From contig NC_068988.1 in assembly GCF_001194135.2 (NCBI RefSeq), positions 82,199,804 through 82,263,221 on the forward strand: a DNA stretch of 63,418 nt, read 5' to 3'. The position numbers were made by a program, and so were the translations under genes. Each line of letters opens with the position of its first letter. Position 1 is the stretch's first letter. The notes under the pieces are model-generated. The model ran no database searches, had not been told where the DNA came from, and saw only the letters and a list, made by a program, of their open reading frames with translations. Source of the stretch: Octopus bimaculoides (lineage: Eukaryota). Of the stretch, positions 12,510 to 24,063 are shown one piece after another.

Positions 12510-13109
12510 TACCCACCTTAACTATCCAGGACAGTATTGCTTATAAGCCTGTTATGACTGAAGGTTTAGATAAATAGGATACACTGATTTGCATATATAA
12601 TGTATTTATGAGATCTACTACTATTAATAAATTACTAGCTTGTTAACATTGTTTTGTCTTAATACTCTACTGTACAAGAGATAGTAGATAAAGACAAAGC
12701 GCTTACATCTGTCTATGTTGGCTATAATCTATAGATATATTCTACAGTATAGTATAAACTGAAACAAAACACAAGTACAGCACCAGTAATTTATCAATAC
12801 AACTAACTGCCAAGGATGTCTATTTGATTTACTTAAGTCCTTAGTAATAGTAGATTTATATAAACAGTGTCTCAACTGAAGAGAGCAAGTCAGAGAACAG
12901 ACTCTTGTACTCCATTTAAGATGTTGTTGGCTCTGCAAGTATTGTTCCTGTACACTAAATAAACTTTGTGGCCTGATAGGTAGTTTGTTAGCCTGCAACA
13001 GGTATGGTTTCTAAGAGTGATGTTTAGTATTTTGTGGGTGAAGGGTTGAAAGTTTTGCTGCTGTCAATGATAATAAGATAGGTTCATATGGGAGGTCTTT
13101 TGTAATCTC

Positions 13110-13370
13110 TTCATCACCACTACCACCACCACCACCACCACCATCATGAATACTATCACCATCGTCACTGCCAACATCACCATCATGACCACCATGATCA
13201 TAATCAGCAGCAGTAACAGCATCGTCATCATCATCATCATCATCACCACCACTATTGCAATTACACTCACCAACATCACTACCACCACCTTCATCATCAT
13301 CACCATCATTACTGCTGTTATCATCATCATCATCATCATTATCTTCACTTTCATTGAAGCCATCATGTTA
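13110..13370. repeat. Compound (CAT/CAC)n low-complexity repeat
   Basis: Direct reading; source of spurious poly-M/I/H ORFs. Confidence 0.9.
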
Positions 13371-13559
13371 TCTTCTGTGCAATGTTTGGAGTTGTGGTGA
13401 TCGTTGAATGTAAAGTTTTGATTCCATGTCGTGATTTAAAGAAAAGGATATAAGAATCAATAATGCCAATGACTAGCCTTTCCAGAATTTTTGTGAACAT
13501 CATTATCATCACCATCATCAACGTCATCATCCTTATTACTGTCGTCGTCATCATCATCG

Positions 13560-13700
13560 TCATTTTAACACCCAATTTTCAATTGCATGGGTCAAAAGGA
13601 ATTCGTTGAGGCCAGCAGATTTTCTATGGCTGGACACCCTTCCTGTTGCCAACCCTCACCTGTTTCCAAACAAGGTTATATTCCTCATGACCAGACGTTT
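13560..13700 (-). mobile_element. RTE LINE 3' UTR fragment (old)
   Basis: (cat)n tail followed by tttctatggctggacacccttcctgttgccaacc. Confidence 0.65.
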
Positions 13701-13839
13701 AAAACGAAGATTCTAAATGAAGGACACCACTTACATGATGGTGACAACTACTTACAATTATCATATAATGCCACAGCAAGGAGACACTAACACACATACA
13801 CACACTGCACACACACACATACACACACACACACATATT

Positions 13840-14046
13840 GATTTCAAATTTTGGTACTAGGCCAGTAATTTTGGAGGAGGGGATAAGTCAATTACATCAA
13901 CCCCAGTGGTCAACTGGTATTTATTTTATCAATCCTGAAGGGATGAAAGGCAAAGATGACCTCGGAGGAATTCGAACTCAGAACATAACGACAGATGAAA
14001 TACCACTAAGCATTTTGCCCAGTTTCCTAATGATTCTGCCAGCTTG

Positions 14047-14050
<4 letters not shown>
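13840..14050 (-). mobile_element. tRNA-derived SINE, family C (conserved gcctttcatcctttcggggtcgataaa-type core)
   Basis: Reverse complement of the 50841-51072 consensus including the B-box gagttcgaattcc. The core resembles the Meta-domain SINE core (inference). Confidence 0.8.
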
Positions 14051-14088
<38 letters not shown>

Positions 14089-14514
14089 ACACATAGATAT
14101 ATAGACAGACAGACAGACAGACAGATAGATAGATAGATAGATAGATATCAAAAAATAAGCAACACGGATTTCAAAGGTGATTGCAGTACGCACGTTTCAT
14201 GCTACTTCAATTTATTTAAGTAATGCGAGCATTACCTTAAATGCAATATGAAGAGCAATCTTCAGCTGCACGAAAATGCAGAAAAATTACTGCAGAAAAG
14301 ACACATTATAAATGTGGCAACATTTCAAATCCAAGTGGGAGATGCGATATTCGGGTGCCTACGCATAAGTACCATATTCAACCTTGAATCTATATCTAAA
14401 CCGTCTAGATAGATAGATAGATAGATAAGATATGTAGGTAGACAGACAGACAGACAGATAGACAGACAGATAGACAGACAGACAGACAGACAGATAAACA
14501 GACAGACAGACAGA

Positions 14515-14670
14515 TATGTGATGGGCTTCTTTCAGTTCCTGTCTACCAACACTCACAAGTTTTGATCAGCTCAGGGCTATAGTAAAAGACTCTTGCACCA
14601 GGGTGCCATGCAGAGGGCCTGAACCTGAAACATGTGGCTGGAAAACAACCTCCTTAACCACACAGCCTAT
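14515..14670 (-). mobile_element. tRNA-derived SINE, family A, 5' part (old)
   Basis: Similar to 16895-17050. Confidence 0.75.
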
Positions 14671-14880
14671 GATTTTTGTTGGGCCTTAAAAAGATTGTGG
14701 TACTTTTTTGCAGTTTCCAGATTTGGGAAATTTTATAGCATTGGATATAAGTCATAGATGTCAGTTAGTGCGATATAGTGGTGGGGGGAGGGATGTAAGT
14801 CAAAGGTGTAGGGTGGGGATGCACGGTGGAGAGGTGATGTAGGGAGGTGGTGAGGAGGGGAAAATGAAGCGTGAAACTAG

Positions 14881-14945
14881 AACGACTTCAATCGATTGCC
14901 ACTGCCTATAAATAAGAGTACGATGTCAAGTAACACAAAATAACT
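14881..14945 (+). promoter_or_regulatory. Candidate TATA core promoter
   Basis: gccTATAAATAag at 14907, aatcgatt upstream, CpG-retaining unique flank, followed by a (CAG/CAA)n leader. Confidence 0.3.
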
Positions 14946-14947
14946 CA

Positions 14948-15058
14948 CAGCAGCAGCAGCAGCAGCAACAACAGCAGCAGCAGCAACAACAACAACTGCA
15001 GCAGCAGCAGCAGAAACAGGAACAGCAACAACAACAATAACAAGAACAGCATCAACAA
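14948..15058. repeat. (CAG/CAA)n repeat
   Basis: Direct reading. The poly-Q frame contains TAA and has no upstream ATG. Confidence 0.9.
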
Positions 15059-15519
15059 AAATGAATTAGTAATGTGTTGACATCAAAACTAAAATTACTT
15101 CAGTTCTTCCATATTTATTTATATATTTGTTTATTTATTTCTTATCTTCCAAAGTATTTTAGAAACCAAATTAAAAAACTGTCTTTTGTTTGTCCAATTA
15201 AATTCTATAACAATGGTGATTGTAATATTTAGCTGCTATTCACTGAGGTTTCGATTCTTTCTGTTTCTACCCAAGAGACTGAAAAACTATATGCTATATT
15301 TGTAAAATAGACTGGTAACCGTTAAGTCTAAATGAACTTAATTAGTGCGATTGGTGATACAACTGTGAGGTTGGTAACACCAGTAAATTAACAGGAGAGG
15401 GGAGCAGAACAAGAGGTGGGGTTATTATAGAGGCTATGGTGAAAAACGATGAGATTACAAACGTATCCAACCCATGCTTAGTACAGAGGTAAAAAAAAAA
15501 AGAAATTGTTGTTTTGTTG

Positions 15520-15870
15520 TTTTGATGATGATGGTTGTGATAATGACGACTATGATGGTGAAGATCACCATCTCAATAACAGCAGTGGTTGCATCATCAT
15601 CATCATCGTCATTGTCATCATTCATCACTATCGTTATCATCATCATCATCCTAGTCATCATCACCCTCATCATCATGATCATCACCACCATTACCACCAC
15701 CACCACCACCACCAGCACCATCACGATCATCATGATCATCATAATCATCACCACCATCATCATCATCATCATCATCGTTGCTGTCTTCGCATCGCCACCA
15801 CCACCGCTGCTGTTGTCGTCATCGTCATCAACGTCGTCGTCAGTGTCATCATCATCATCATCAGCTACAC
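15520..15870. repeat. Compound (CAT/CAC/GAT/CGT)n repeat
   Basis: Direct reading. Confidence 0.9.
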
Positions 15871-15989
15871 TAACACTATCAGATGAGTACAGTATTCGTT
15901 ACCACTGTTAACCATTCCCTGTCAGACAATAATATCTCAATATAGAGTAAATGAAATAATAAACCATTGGAATCTTCAGATGTTCACCC

Positions 15990-16510
15990 ACAACAGACAA
16001 GTCCATTCTGAGAACACAGAACTAAAGAGTCATGGAACTGATGGATTCTTCAGGGGATATTTTGAAGTAGGTAGTTGTTGATATGCTTCATCAGGTGGAG
16101 AGGGGTCTGGAGTGTATGGCAGGTGAGGTAGAGCTTGTTGCCCACGTTGTTCAATGTCTGCAGATTCGTCTGAGAGGGATATGGAGTTAAGTTTTGTAAA
16201 AAAGAAGAGTTGGTCTTTTTTCACTGACCAAAGCTAGATGTAAATATTGTAGTTCTTGATGCATTCTGATTCCTGGCAATGCCTCTTTGCAGTGATGGTC
16301 TTATCAACATTCAAGAAATAATAACAGATAATTCTATTTGTTGATTGCTGTATAGAGACCATAAACTTTGATGTGGCATCAGTTTGGAAAAGTGTTTTGG
16401 TGTTCCACATTGGTTCAACCATTATACAGTATGCCATCAGTTGTGGCATAGAATCCTTCTTTCATCTCATGTCACAATGCAAACAAGAAATCAATTTTTG
16501 CTGCCTTAAG
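15990..16510 (-). mobile_element. Heavily decayed mariner transposase fragment
   Basis: Remnants: FLNVDKTITAKRHCQ, LPHLPYTPDPSP. Confidence 0.7.
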
Positions 16511-16530
16511 GAAGCAAAAGAAGACATTAC

Positions 16531-17050
16531 TCTCTTTTACTCTTTTACTTGTTTCAGTCTTCTGACTGTGGCCATGCAGGAGCACCGCCTTTAGTCAAGC
16601 AAATCGACCCCAGGACTTATTCTTTGGAAGCCTAGTACTTATTCTATCGGTCTCTTTTGCCGAACCGCTAAGTTACGAGGACATAAACGCACCAGCATCG
16701 GTTGTCAAGCGATGGGGGGGGGGGACAAACACAGACACACAAACACATACACACATACATATATATANNNNNNNNNNNNNNNNNNNNNNNNNNNNNNNNN
16801 NNNNNNNNNNNNNNNNNNNNNNNNNNNNNNNNNNNNNNNNNNNNNNNNNNNNNNNNNNNNNNNNNNNNNNNNNNNNNNNNNNNNNNNNNNNATACATATA
16901 TACGACGGGCTTCTTTCAGTTTCCGTCTACCAAATCCACTAACAAGGCTTTCGTCGGCCCGAGGCTATAGTAGAAGACACTTGCCACGCAGTGGAACTGA
17001 ACCCGGAACCATGTGGTTCGTAAGCAAGCTACTTACCACACAGCCACTCC
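16531..17050 (-). mobile_element. Full-length tRNA-derived SINE, family A, with an internal microsatellite and gap
   Basis: Head ggagtggctgtgtggtaagtagcttgcttacgaaccacatggttccgggttcagttccac (A/B boxes); tail ...aagtaaaagagtaaaagag. Confidence 0.9.
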
Positions 17051-17084
17051 AAGTTTTTATTTCTTTCTATGAAGTATGGTTGGA

Positions 17085-17200
17085 GGAGCAGGCATGTCTA
17101 TGTGGTTTAAGAAGTATTCTGCTGAACCACATGGTTCTGGTTTCAGCCCCATTGCCTGACACCTAGGGCAATTCTCTTCTACTATAGCCTTGGGTCAATC
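17085..17200 (+). mobile_element. SINE family A 5' fragment (old), head-to-head with the previous copy
   Basis: gcaggcatgtctatgtggtttaagaag...aaccacatggttctggtttcagcccc. Confidence 0.75.
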
Positions 17201-17688
17201 AAATATATATTGGCAACCAATATATTATTTAGCTACATCTGGATGTGTGTGGGTTCATTTTTAATAACATGCTCATGTATTATAAAAAAAAAAAGAAACT
17301 GCACGCATAATACATAACTTAGAAGCAGTACTGCGAATGTGCCAACACGCATGAGCTTGAGACATGGCCACCCTCATGCACTTCTCATGAGGAATTCTGG
17401 AAGGAGCTTTGTGAGACCACTGCAGAGATGCTTCCAGAAAAAAGAAAATTCAGTAACTGTTGGAAAACTGATTATAACAGTGACTCAATCAATTCCTAGC
17501 AATATCTGAAGAAGGAATTTTTTATTCTGAAATATTATTATATCAGACTATGGATAATAAAATTATAACAGTTATTATAGTCCACTCTGCATTGTTGTGC
17601 CATTCAAGACACATTATATTTTACAAACAATACACAGTGCTTCAAGCAAACTGCAATACTCTCCTATATGTATGTATATGTTTGCATG

Positions 17689-17723
<35 letters not shown>

Positions 17724-17825
17724 CTCTGTGTGTGTGTGTGTTAGTGTTTCCTTGCATTGACAATTGTATCCTACTAGTATTCACTAAGAAATTCTTTTCT
17801 ACAAGCTTCGGCCTCTGTGGAGACA

Positions 17826-18377
17826 ATGGAACATTATTCAAAAAGAATGAACCAATTTCATTACTCAATATTTCCATAAGGAAAAGCAACAGAAAACTCC
17901 AGCTAAGTCACAAGTATTTACTCACAATCAACTTTTATTTCCTGTCTTACAAGTGTTCAATGTAGTCACCACCTGCAGCAGGGGCAAAATCAATGCGATA
18001 AGAGAATTCCTCCCAAACACGTATCAGCATATCACAAGTCCACTGAGTTGATTGCTGTTGTTATTCGATGTTTAAGGTTATCGAGGTTAGTGGGTAGTGG
18101 TGGAACATAAACGTGATCCTTTACATAACCAAACAAGAAAAAAATCACATAACAGTGATCAACTCAGAAGATCGTAATATACTGATATGCATCTGGGAAG
18201 AATTCTCTTATTGCATTGACGTTACCTGTGCTGCAGGTGGTGGCCACACTGAACACTTGTAAAACAAGAAATAAAAGTTGATTGTGAGTAAATACTTGAG
18301 ACTTAGCTGGAGTCTTCTATTGCTTTTCCTTATTAAAATATTGTATAATGAAATTGGTTCATTCTTTTTGAATAACG

Positions 18378-18380
<3 letters not shown>
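17826..18380. mobile_element. Palindromic Tc1/mariner relic: two transposase 3' ends in inverted orientation
   Basis: Minus strand encodes GYVKDHVYVPPLPTNLDNLKHRITTAINS; both arms carry the stop region and TIR ttattcaaaaagaatgaaccaatttca / tgaaattggttcattctttttgaataa. Confidence 0.85.
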
Positions 18381-18412
<32 letters not shown>

Positions 18413-18535
18413 AAAAAAATGAATAGAAATGGCTTTTCTGGTCATTTTTCCATTTTAATAATTAGATGTTTAACATCTAATTATTAAAGTTGAAATATTA
18501 TCAAAAAAGGCATTTCTATTCATTTTATCAAATAT

Positions 18536-18995
18536 ATTGGGTCATCCCATAAATAATGTGTTTTTTTTTTAGATTTATTTTATTTTTCAAAATTAAGATA
18601 AACAAAGTTCGTTTTTAATTTAAATTACACTCTCCTTCATTTTCTACAATGCTCTTCCATCTATCTTGTAGACTTGCAAGTCCCCTCTTCCAAAATTCAC
18701 TTGTCCATGACAAAAAATACTCCTCCAGTACTGTTCTCACCTCATCTACAGAATTCATATTTTTTTCATCCAAATGATTTTGAAGACTGTGAAATAAATG
18801 ATAATCAGATAGGGCAATGTCTGGCGAATATGGTGGATAGGGTATCGTTTCCCATTCAAACCGCTTCAGCCCTTGGAATGTCATCCTCACTGTATGTGGC
18901 CAAGCATTATCCTGATGGAAGAACACCTTTCATCTTGAAACCAAAGATGGTCATTTTCCTTCTAGCGCTGACTTAAGCTGCTTACAGTAGATCTC
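18536..18995 (-). mobile_element. Mariner 3' half (D,D34D)
   Basis: ORF 18615-18926: FHQDNAWPH...PYPPYSPDIALSDYHLFHSLQNHL; TIR tattgggtcatcccataaataatg. Confidence 0.92.
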
Positions 18996-19134
18996 ATTTG
19001 TTATTATTTTGTTTGGGTTTAAAAGTTCAAAGGGGACTAAACCTATCTGGAGGGGATACTTGAGTTTATTCAAAAGCTTTGTAACACGGTCATTCCTCTT
19101 ATTCTTGATGATTTGGGATAAAAATTGGCCCTTT

Positions 19135-19624
19135 CTTATCTTGTATGAGGAATACTGAATGTCTTAATGCGCTACTTGCGCATTAAGAAACTCAGACATT
19201 CCCATGTCCCTGGCAATGGACCTGATTGACTTGGAGAGATCGCTGTCAATCATGACTTGGATCTCACTTACAAATTCAGGAGTTCTTTTCTTATCAGAAC
19301 AATCAGAGTGAGTTCTCCAAGCTGCCGTACCTTCGTAATCACCATTAGACTCATCCAACTCTTTCCGAATCCTTTGCACTGTCCTCAGATTGACACCTAA
19401 ACACTCTGAAATGTTCATATTGGAGATTCAGGCACGAATACCAAGCAGTACAGCATGTTGTTTCCAAATTTCTGATGGAGTGAATTGCATCATGGTGCTG
19501 ATTTTCTCACAGACGGTGCCCAACTGACCCTACTATACTGTGTAGTCAACAAAATCAAAAACAAACAATGTACATGCGCAAAATTAAAAATATAAAATGG
19601 TGACAATTTACCAATCGCAACCTG
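19135..19624 (-). mobile_element. Tc1/mariner 5' fragment (maT/DD37D-like N-terminus)
   Basis: ISECLGVNLRTVQRIRKEL...KRTPEFVSEIQVMIDSD.SKSIRSIARDMG; TIR TA-caggttgcgattggtaaattgtcacc. Subfamily is inference. Confidence 0.8.
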
Positions 19625-19655
19625 TATATTATATGTATATCTATCTATCTATCTA

Positions 19656-19744
<89 letters not shown>

Positions 19745-19762
19745 TATCTTATCTTATCTACA

Positions 19763-19888
19763 CATCCCACTGATGCAATGCTGAGACAAGTCACTGAAGC
19801 TGTCTGTATACAAGAATACAAACCCACTCTCAACCGTAAATCCGAATGGGGTAACACCCAGATTCCACTCAGGAGTACTTCTCTATAG
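19763..19888 (+). mobile_element. Penelope-like GIY-YIG endonuclease C-terminal fragment
   Basis: Translation HPTDAMLRQVTEAVCIQEYKPTLNRKSEWGNTQIPLRSTSL* matches the R..EA..I....P.LN end of PLE endonucleases. Confidence 0.65.
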
Positions 19889-20222
19889 CCACCCCTTTCT
19901 CTCATTTACATGTGGAAATCCATACATACATGTTGAGATGTATGATACTAAAATACATATATGTAGTTATATATAACCGTATGATCATACATAGTTTGAT
20001 ACGTATGTACATATGTGTAGATGTATGTGTGTGTGTACGTGTGTGTATGTGTTGTGTGTTGTGTATGTTATTGTATGGGTATGTACATGCATGCACGTAT
20101 GAGTAAGTATGTAGATATATGTATGTATTGCATATGTATGTGTGTAAAAAATGATTTAAAAAATAATTAAAAACAGAAAATTTGAATTTTAACCGTTATC
20201 CTTGAAAACAGTGTCATATATA

Positions 20223-20972
20223 TGTAACTGTTATAAGACGAACGATGAACAGTGATCGAAGTTGTAAAGAAATATTTATTTACTGTTACTTTAATAAATG
20301 CCATACCATGACGGGTAGGTTAGTGTAATAGTATAACACAGTTCGTAAAGCATGCAAGGTAAAGAAAGTTAATTTTGGCCTGTATATGTGTGTACACGAT
20401 CTCGTAGCAGTATATAGACAGAGATATGATAATGTTACAGAGAAAAGAAAGTGAGCTAGTGAAAGTTATGGAGGCGAGAGAAGTTGGATCTCATAGTTGA
20501 CTTGTTGTAACCTTCTTTCTCCCTCTGGTTGTTTGCCTTTAGTGGCTGCCTGCTTGTGACCATGACTCTAGATGTACGTTCACTAACTAATTGAGTTGTC
20601 ACTAGTTGCTTCGCTCTGTTGTCGCCAAGTGACTACTGCTCGTTGAGTCGTCACCGACTGGTGACTAAACTAAATTTTGCTTGGGGTTTCCTTGCTTTTA
20701 TAACTATCTAGAAGGATAGATATATTATTGAGAACAATAGATTTAGTTGGTGGTCTTGTTATTTCTATTCTAGATTTTGGTGATGTAGAAGAGGTTAGGA
20801 AGGGTCAAGTGGTGAAGACATTGTTTCGGGCCTAGCTAAAGGCATCTAGAAAATATTAAACTGCTGTCAGAGAAAAACTATTGTTCCACCGTAGGAAAAG
20901 TTCTGTTGCAGTGTTGATTTAAATTTGGCTATAGTGGATCAAATCCACTTCATGCATGCAAGATCCACTCCA
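20223..20972 (-). mobile_element. Candidate solo LTR, 750 bp
   Basis: TG...CA termini flanked by TATA on both sides; AATAAA near the minus-strand 3' end; CpG-rich non-coding body. Confidence 0.45.
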
Positions 20973-22104
20973 TATATATATGTATAGATAGATTAGCGTA
21001 TATGTGTGTATACTTTAAGATTATACGTATATTTGTGAGTGTATGTAAGTGTCTATGATTGTGTGTACTTGTATATATGTATAAGTAAGGTTACATGTGC
21101 ATATATGTATCTAAGACATTGTATCCATTCACTGTTAGACGGTGGTGAGATGGACAAACGCACACACACACACACATATATATTGTGTGTCTATATATAT
21201 GTATATGCATATGCATATGTATGTATATGTGTGTATGTGTATACAACCTTCAACAAAGTAACAGTCATGTATACAACTTGAACAGACACATATCAGTACA
21301 TAAACATACGTTCACATATACATACACATGTACACACGTACATACNNNNNNNNNNNNNNNNNNNNNNNNNNNNNNNNNNNNNNNNNNNNNNNNNNNNNNN
21401 NNNNNNNNNNNNNNNNNNNNNNNNNNNNNNNNNNNNNNNNNNNNNNNNNNNNNNNNNNNNNNNNNNNNNNNNNNNNNNNNNNNNNNNNNNNNNNNNNNNN
21501 NNNNNNNNNNNNNNNNNNNNNNNNNNNNNNNNNNNNNNNNNNNNNNNNNNNNNNNNNNNNNNNNNNNNNNNNNNNNNNNNNNNNNNNNNNNNNNNNNNNN
21601 NNNNNNNNNNNNNNNNNNNNNNNNNNNNNNNNNNNNNNNNNNNNNNNNNNNNNNNNNNNNNNNNNNNNNNNNNNNNNNNNNNNNNNNNNNNNNNNNNNNN
21701 NNNNNNNNNNNNNNNNNNNNNNNNNNNNNNNNNNNNNNNNNNNNNNNNNNNNNNNNNNNNNNNNNNNNNNNNNNNNNNNNNNNNNNNNNNNNNNNNNNNN
21801 NNNNNNNNNNNNNNNNNNNNNNNNNNATATATATATATATATATATATACAGTCAATGTTGCTGCTCTTGTTAAATAATAGATAGAACAGACTACCCAAA
21901 CCTCTTACCCATGACTATTGTCTGGAGTTGCTTTACCTGATTCACAGAAAGGTGATTGATTATACTATTTAAATAAATAATATCAATGCCACATATATAA
22001 GATTCCATATTGTTAATCATAAGACTTCTCCTTGCTGCTTGCTTTCTTTGGTATCCAATCTTGTATTTCCTCTAACTCTGTAACTCTGTACTTAGTGTAG
22101 AGTG

Positions 22105-22540
22105 GAGCCTGGTGCAGCCTCCTGGCTTGCCAGTCTTCAGTTAAACCGTCCAACCCATGCCAGCATGGAAAGTGCCAGTGGCTTACTTGGGTGGTAGACT
22201 TAATAAGCATTCAGATTTCTCTGTCAAACTCTCATCTTCGTTTAATATCCACTTTCCATGCTGGTATGGGTTGGATGGTTTGACTGAAGATTGGCAAACC
22301 AAGAGACTGCACCAGGCTCCAATCTGATCTAGAAGGTTTCTACAGCTGGATGCCCTTCCTAACGCTAACCACTCCGAGAGTGTAGTGGGTGCTTTTTACG
22401 TGCCACTGGCACAGTAGCTAGTGAGGCAGCACTGGCATTGACCACACTCAAATGGTGCTTTTTACACACCACCAGCACAGGAGCCAGTCAGGCGGCTCTG
22501 GCATTGATCACGCTCAAATGATGCTTTTTACATGCCACTA
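22105..22540. mobile_element. Two RTE 3' UTR fragments in inverted orientation (22105-22185 +, 22250-22540 -)
   Basis: ggagcctggtgcagcc...ccagcatggaaagtg versus cactttccatgctgg...gcaccaggctcc. Confidence 0.85.
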
Positions 22541-22845
22541 CTATACAAATAGCTTGAAGCAACATGTGGTTCCTTATTTTTCCTTGTTCTCTTCTATACA
22601 TCTGACTTTTATTATATTTATTATAAATATTATGTCAGACTCACTTAAGAATACATATACCAATATAATTTCTATTGAACTGTAAACATTTATTCTGTGA
22701 AAACATATCTTCATATTTTTATTTTTCCATGCAAATAAACACATAGAATAAAATTGTTCCCCACTTATGGTAAAAAGTTGGATTTGTTTTAATTACACAT
22801 TATATATAATATATATATGTATGTATATATATTTATATTTATTAA

Positions 22846-23102
22846 GGGCATTACTACACATAAATGCCTCACGCTATGAGGGACTCTTAAAGTCAAAACG
22901 ACCATAATAAATACAGTGTACCGAACGCAAGGGAATGCAACTCTTGAAGCAAACTCATAAAAACAGATTCAGCCGCAAATCATATGATTTCATAGTCAGT
23001 GTACAAAATACACTTTCTAGTCGTCAGTGCAGGCATAATCAAGACATAAAAATGAACAAAAAAAATCAACATACCAGATGAACATTACGTGTAGTAATGC
23101 CC
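22846..23102. mobile_element. 257-bp MITE with TTAA TSD (Kolobok-like)
   Basis: TTAA-gggcattactacac...gtgtagtaatgccc-TTAA; 14-bp perfect TIR; no ORF. Confidence 0.8.
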
Positions 23103-23114
23103 TTAATATAATAT

Positions 23115-23210
23115 ATATATATAAATATATAGTTTTAGGGAAAAGAACCAAGGTTCATGGACTCATCGATGAAAATCCACTGTCGCATATTATTATCATT
23201 ATCTTATATA
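23115..23210. repeat. Dispersed repeat fragment, second copy at about 63300-63375
   Basis: tatatagttttagggaaaa...actcatcgatgaaaatccact in both places. Confidence 0.7.
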
Positions 23211-23759
23211 NNNNNNNNNNNNNNNNNNNNNNNNNNNNNNNNNNNNNNNNNNNNNNNNNNNNNNNNNNNNNNNNNNNNNNNNNNNNNNNNNNNNNNNNNN
23301 NNNNNNNNNNNNNNNNNNTATATATATATATATATATGTATGTATATGTATAATATATATAATGTGTAATTAAAACAAGTTTAACTTTTTACTATAAGTG
23401 GGGAACAATTTTATTCTATGTGTTTATATGCATGGAAAATAAAAATATGAAGATATGTTTTCACACAATAAATGTTCACAGTTCAATAGAAATTATATTG
23501 GTATATGTATTCTTGAGGTGAGTTTGACAATTTTTATATAGAAGAGAACAAGGAAAAATTAGGAACCATATGTTGCTTCAAGCTATTTGGATAGTAGTGT
23601 CGCATAAAAGCACCATGTGTGCATTCGTGCATGTGCGGACATACATCTATGCACATACACAAGCTTACACACAAATATGTGGGCATATACATGTACACAT
23701 ATATATGTATATACTCCCACATCTACTGCCAGTTTCTATTTTCACCCCACCCCCCAACC

Positions 23760-23945
23760 ACGCGAGCGACTTCCTGTCCACCGCACAGTCAATTTCCTGT
23801 TCACCATGCGGTATTTCTCAGTAATTGTTGTCGCTGAAATACCAACATCAAACAGCGACACCACATGACATTTCTCGACCAATCGCAGGATAACGTCCAG
23901 TTATAAACATTGATTCTCTTCAATCAAACTCTCATTCAGACTCCT
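23760..23945 (+). promoter_or_regulatory. Candidate Pol II promoter (ETS x2, CCAAT, TATA, Inr)
   Basis: ACTTCCTG 23769, ATTTCCTG 23792, CACATG 23862, CCAAT 23879, TATAAA 23902, TCATTC 23932; about a dozen CpGs in about 200 bp. Confidence 0.45.
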
Positions 23946-24027
23946 AATGGTCGACGACTAGTGACATTCTTGACACCCAGAGTACCAAAGAGCTTGAATC
24001 AAACTGTTCGATCCATACATACATATA

Positions 24028-24061
<34 letters not shown>

Positions 24062-24063
<2 letters not shown>

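Larger units (their letters stand above)
22518..23616. repeat. Inverted duplication with about 300-bp arms (22518-22825 / 23330-23616)
   Basis: For example aaatagcttgaagcaacat / atgttgcttcaagctattt and ttgttccccacttat / ataagtggggaacaa; identical peptide NSLKQH.VP.FSLFSSI in opposite ORFs. Confidence 0.9.

Noticed and set aside
13064-15911. Poly-M/I/H/T/Q and YIYI/CVCV ORFs throughout the window
   Set aside because: Translations of tri- and dinucleotide microsatellites; no splice or start context, and the poly-Q tract has an internal stop.
23125-23190. Permuted hammerhead in gaaaagaaccaaggttc...tcatcgatgaaa
   Set aside because: Core reads TCGATGA and stems I/II cannot be formed; just a small hairpin and palindrome in a dispersed repeat.
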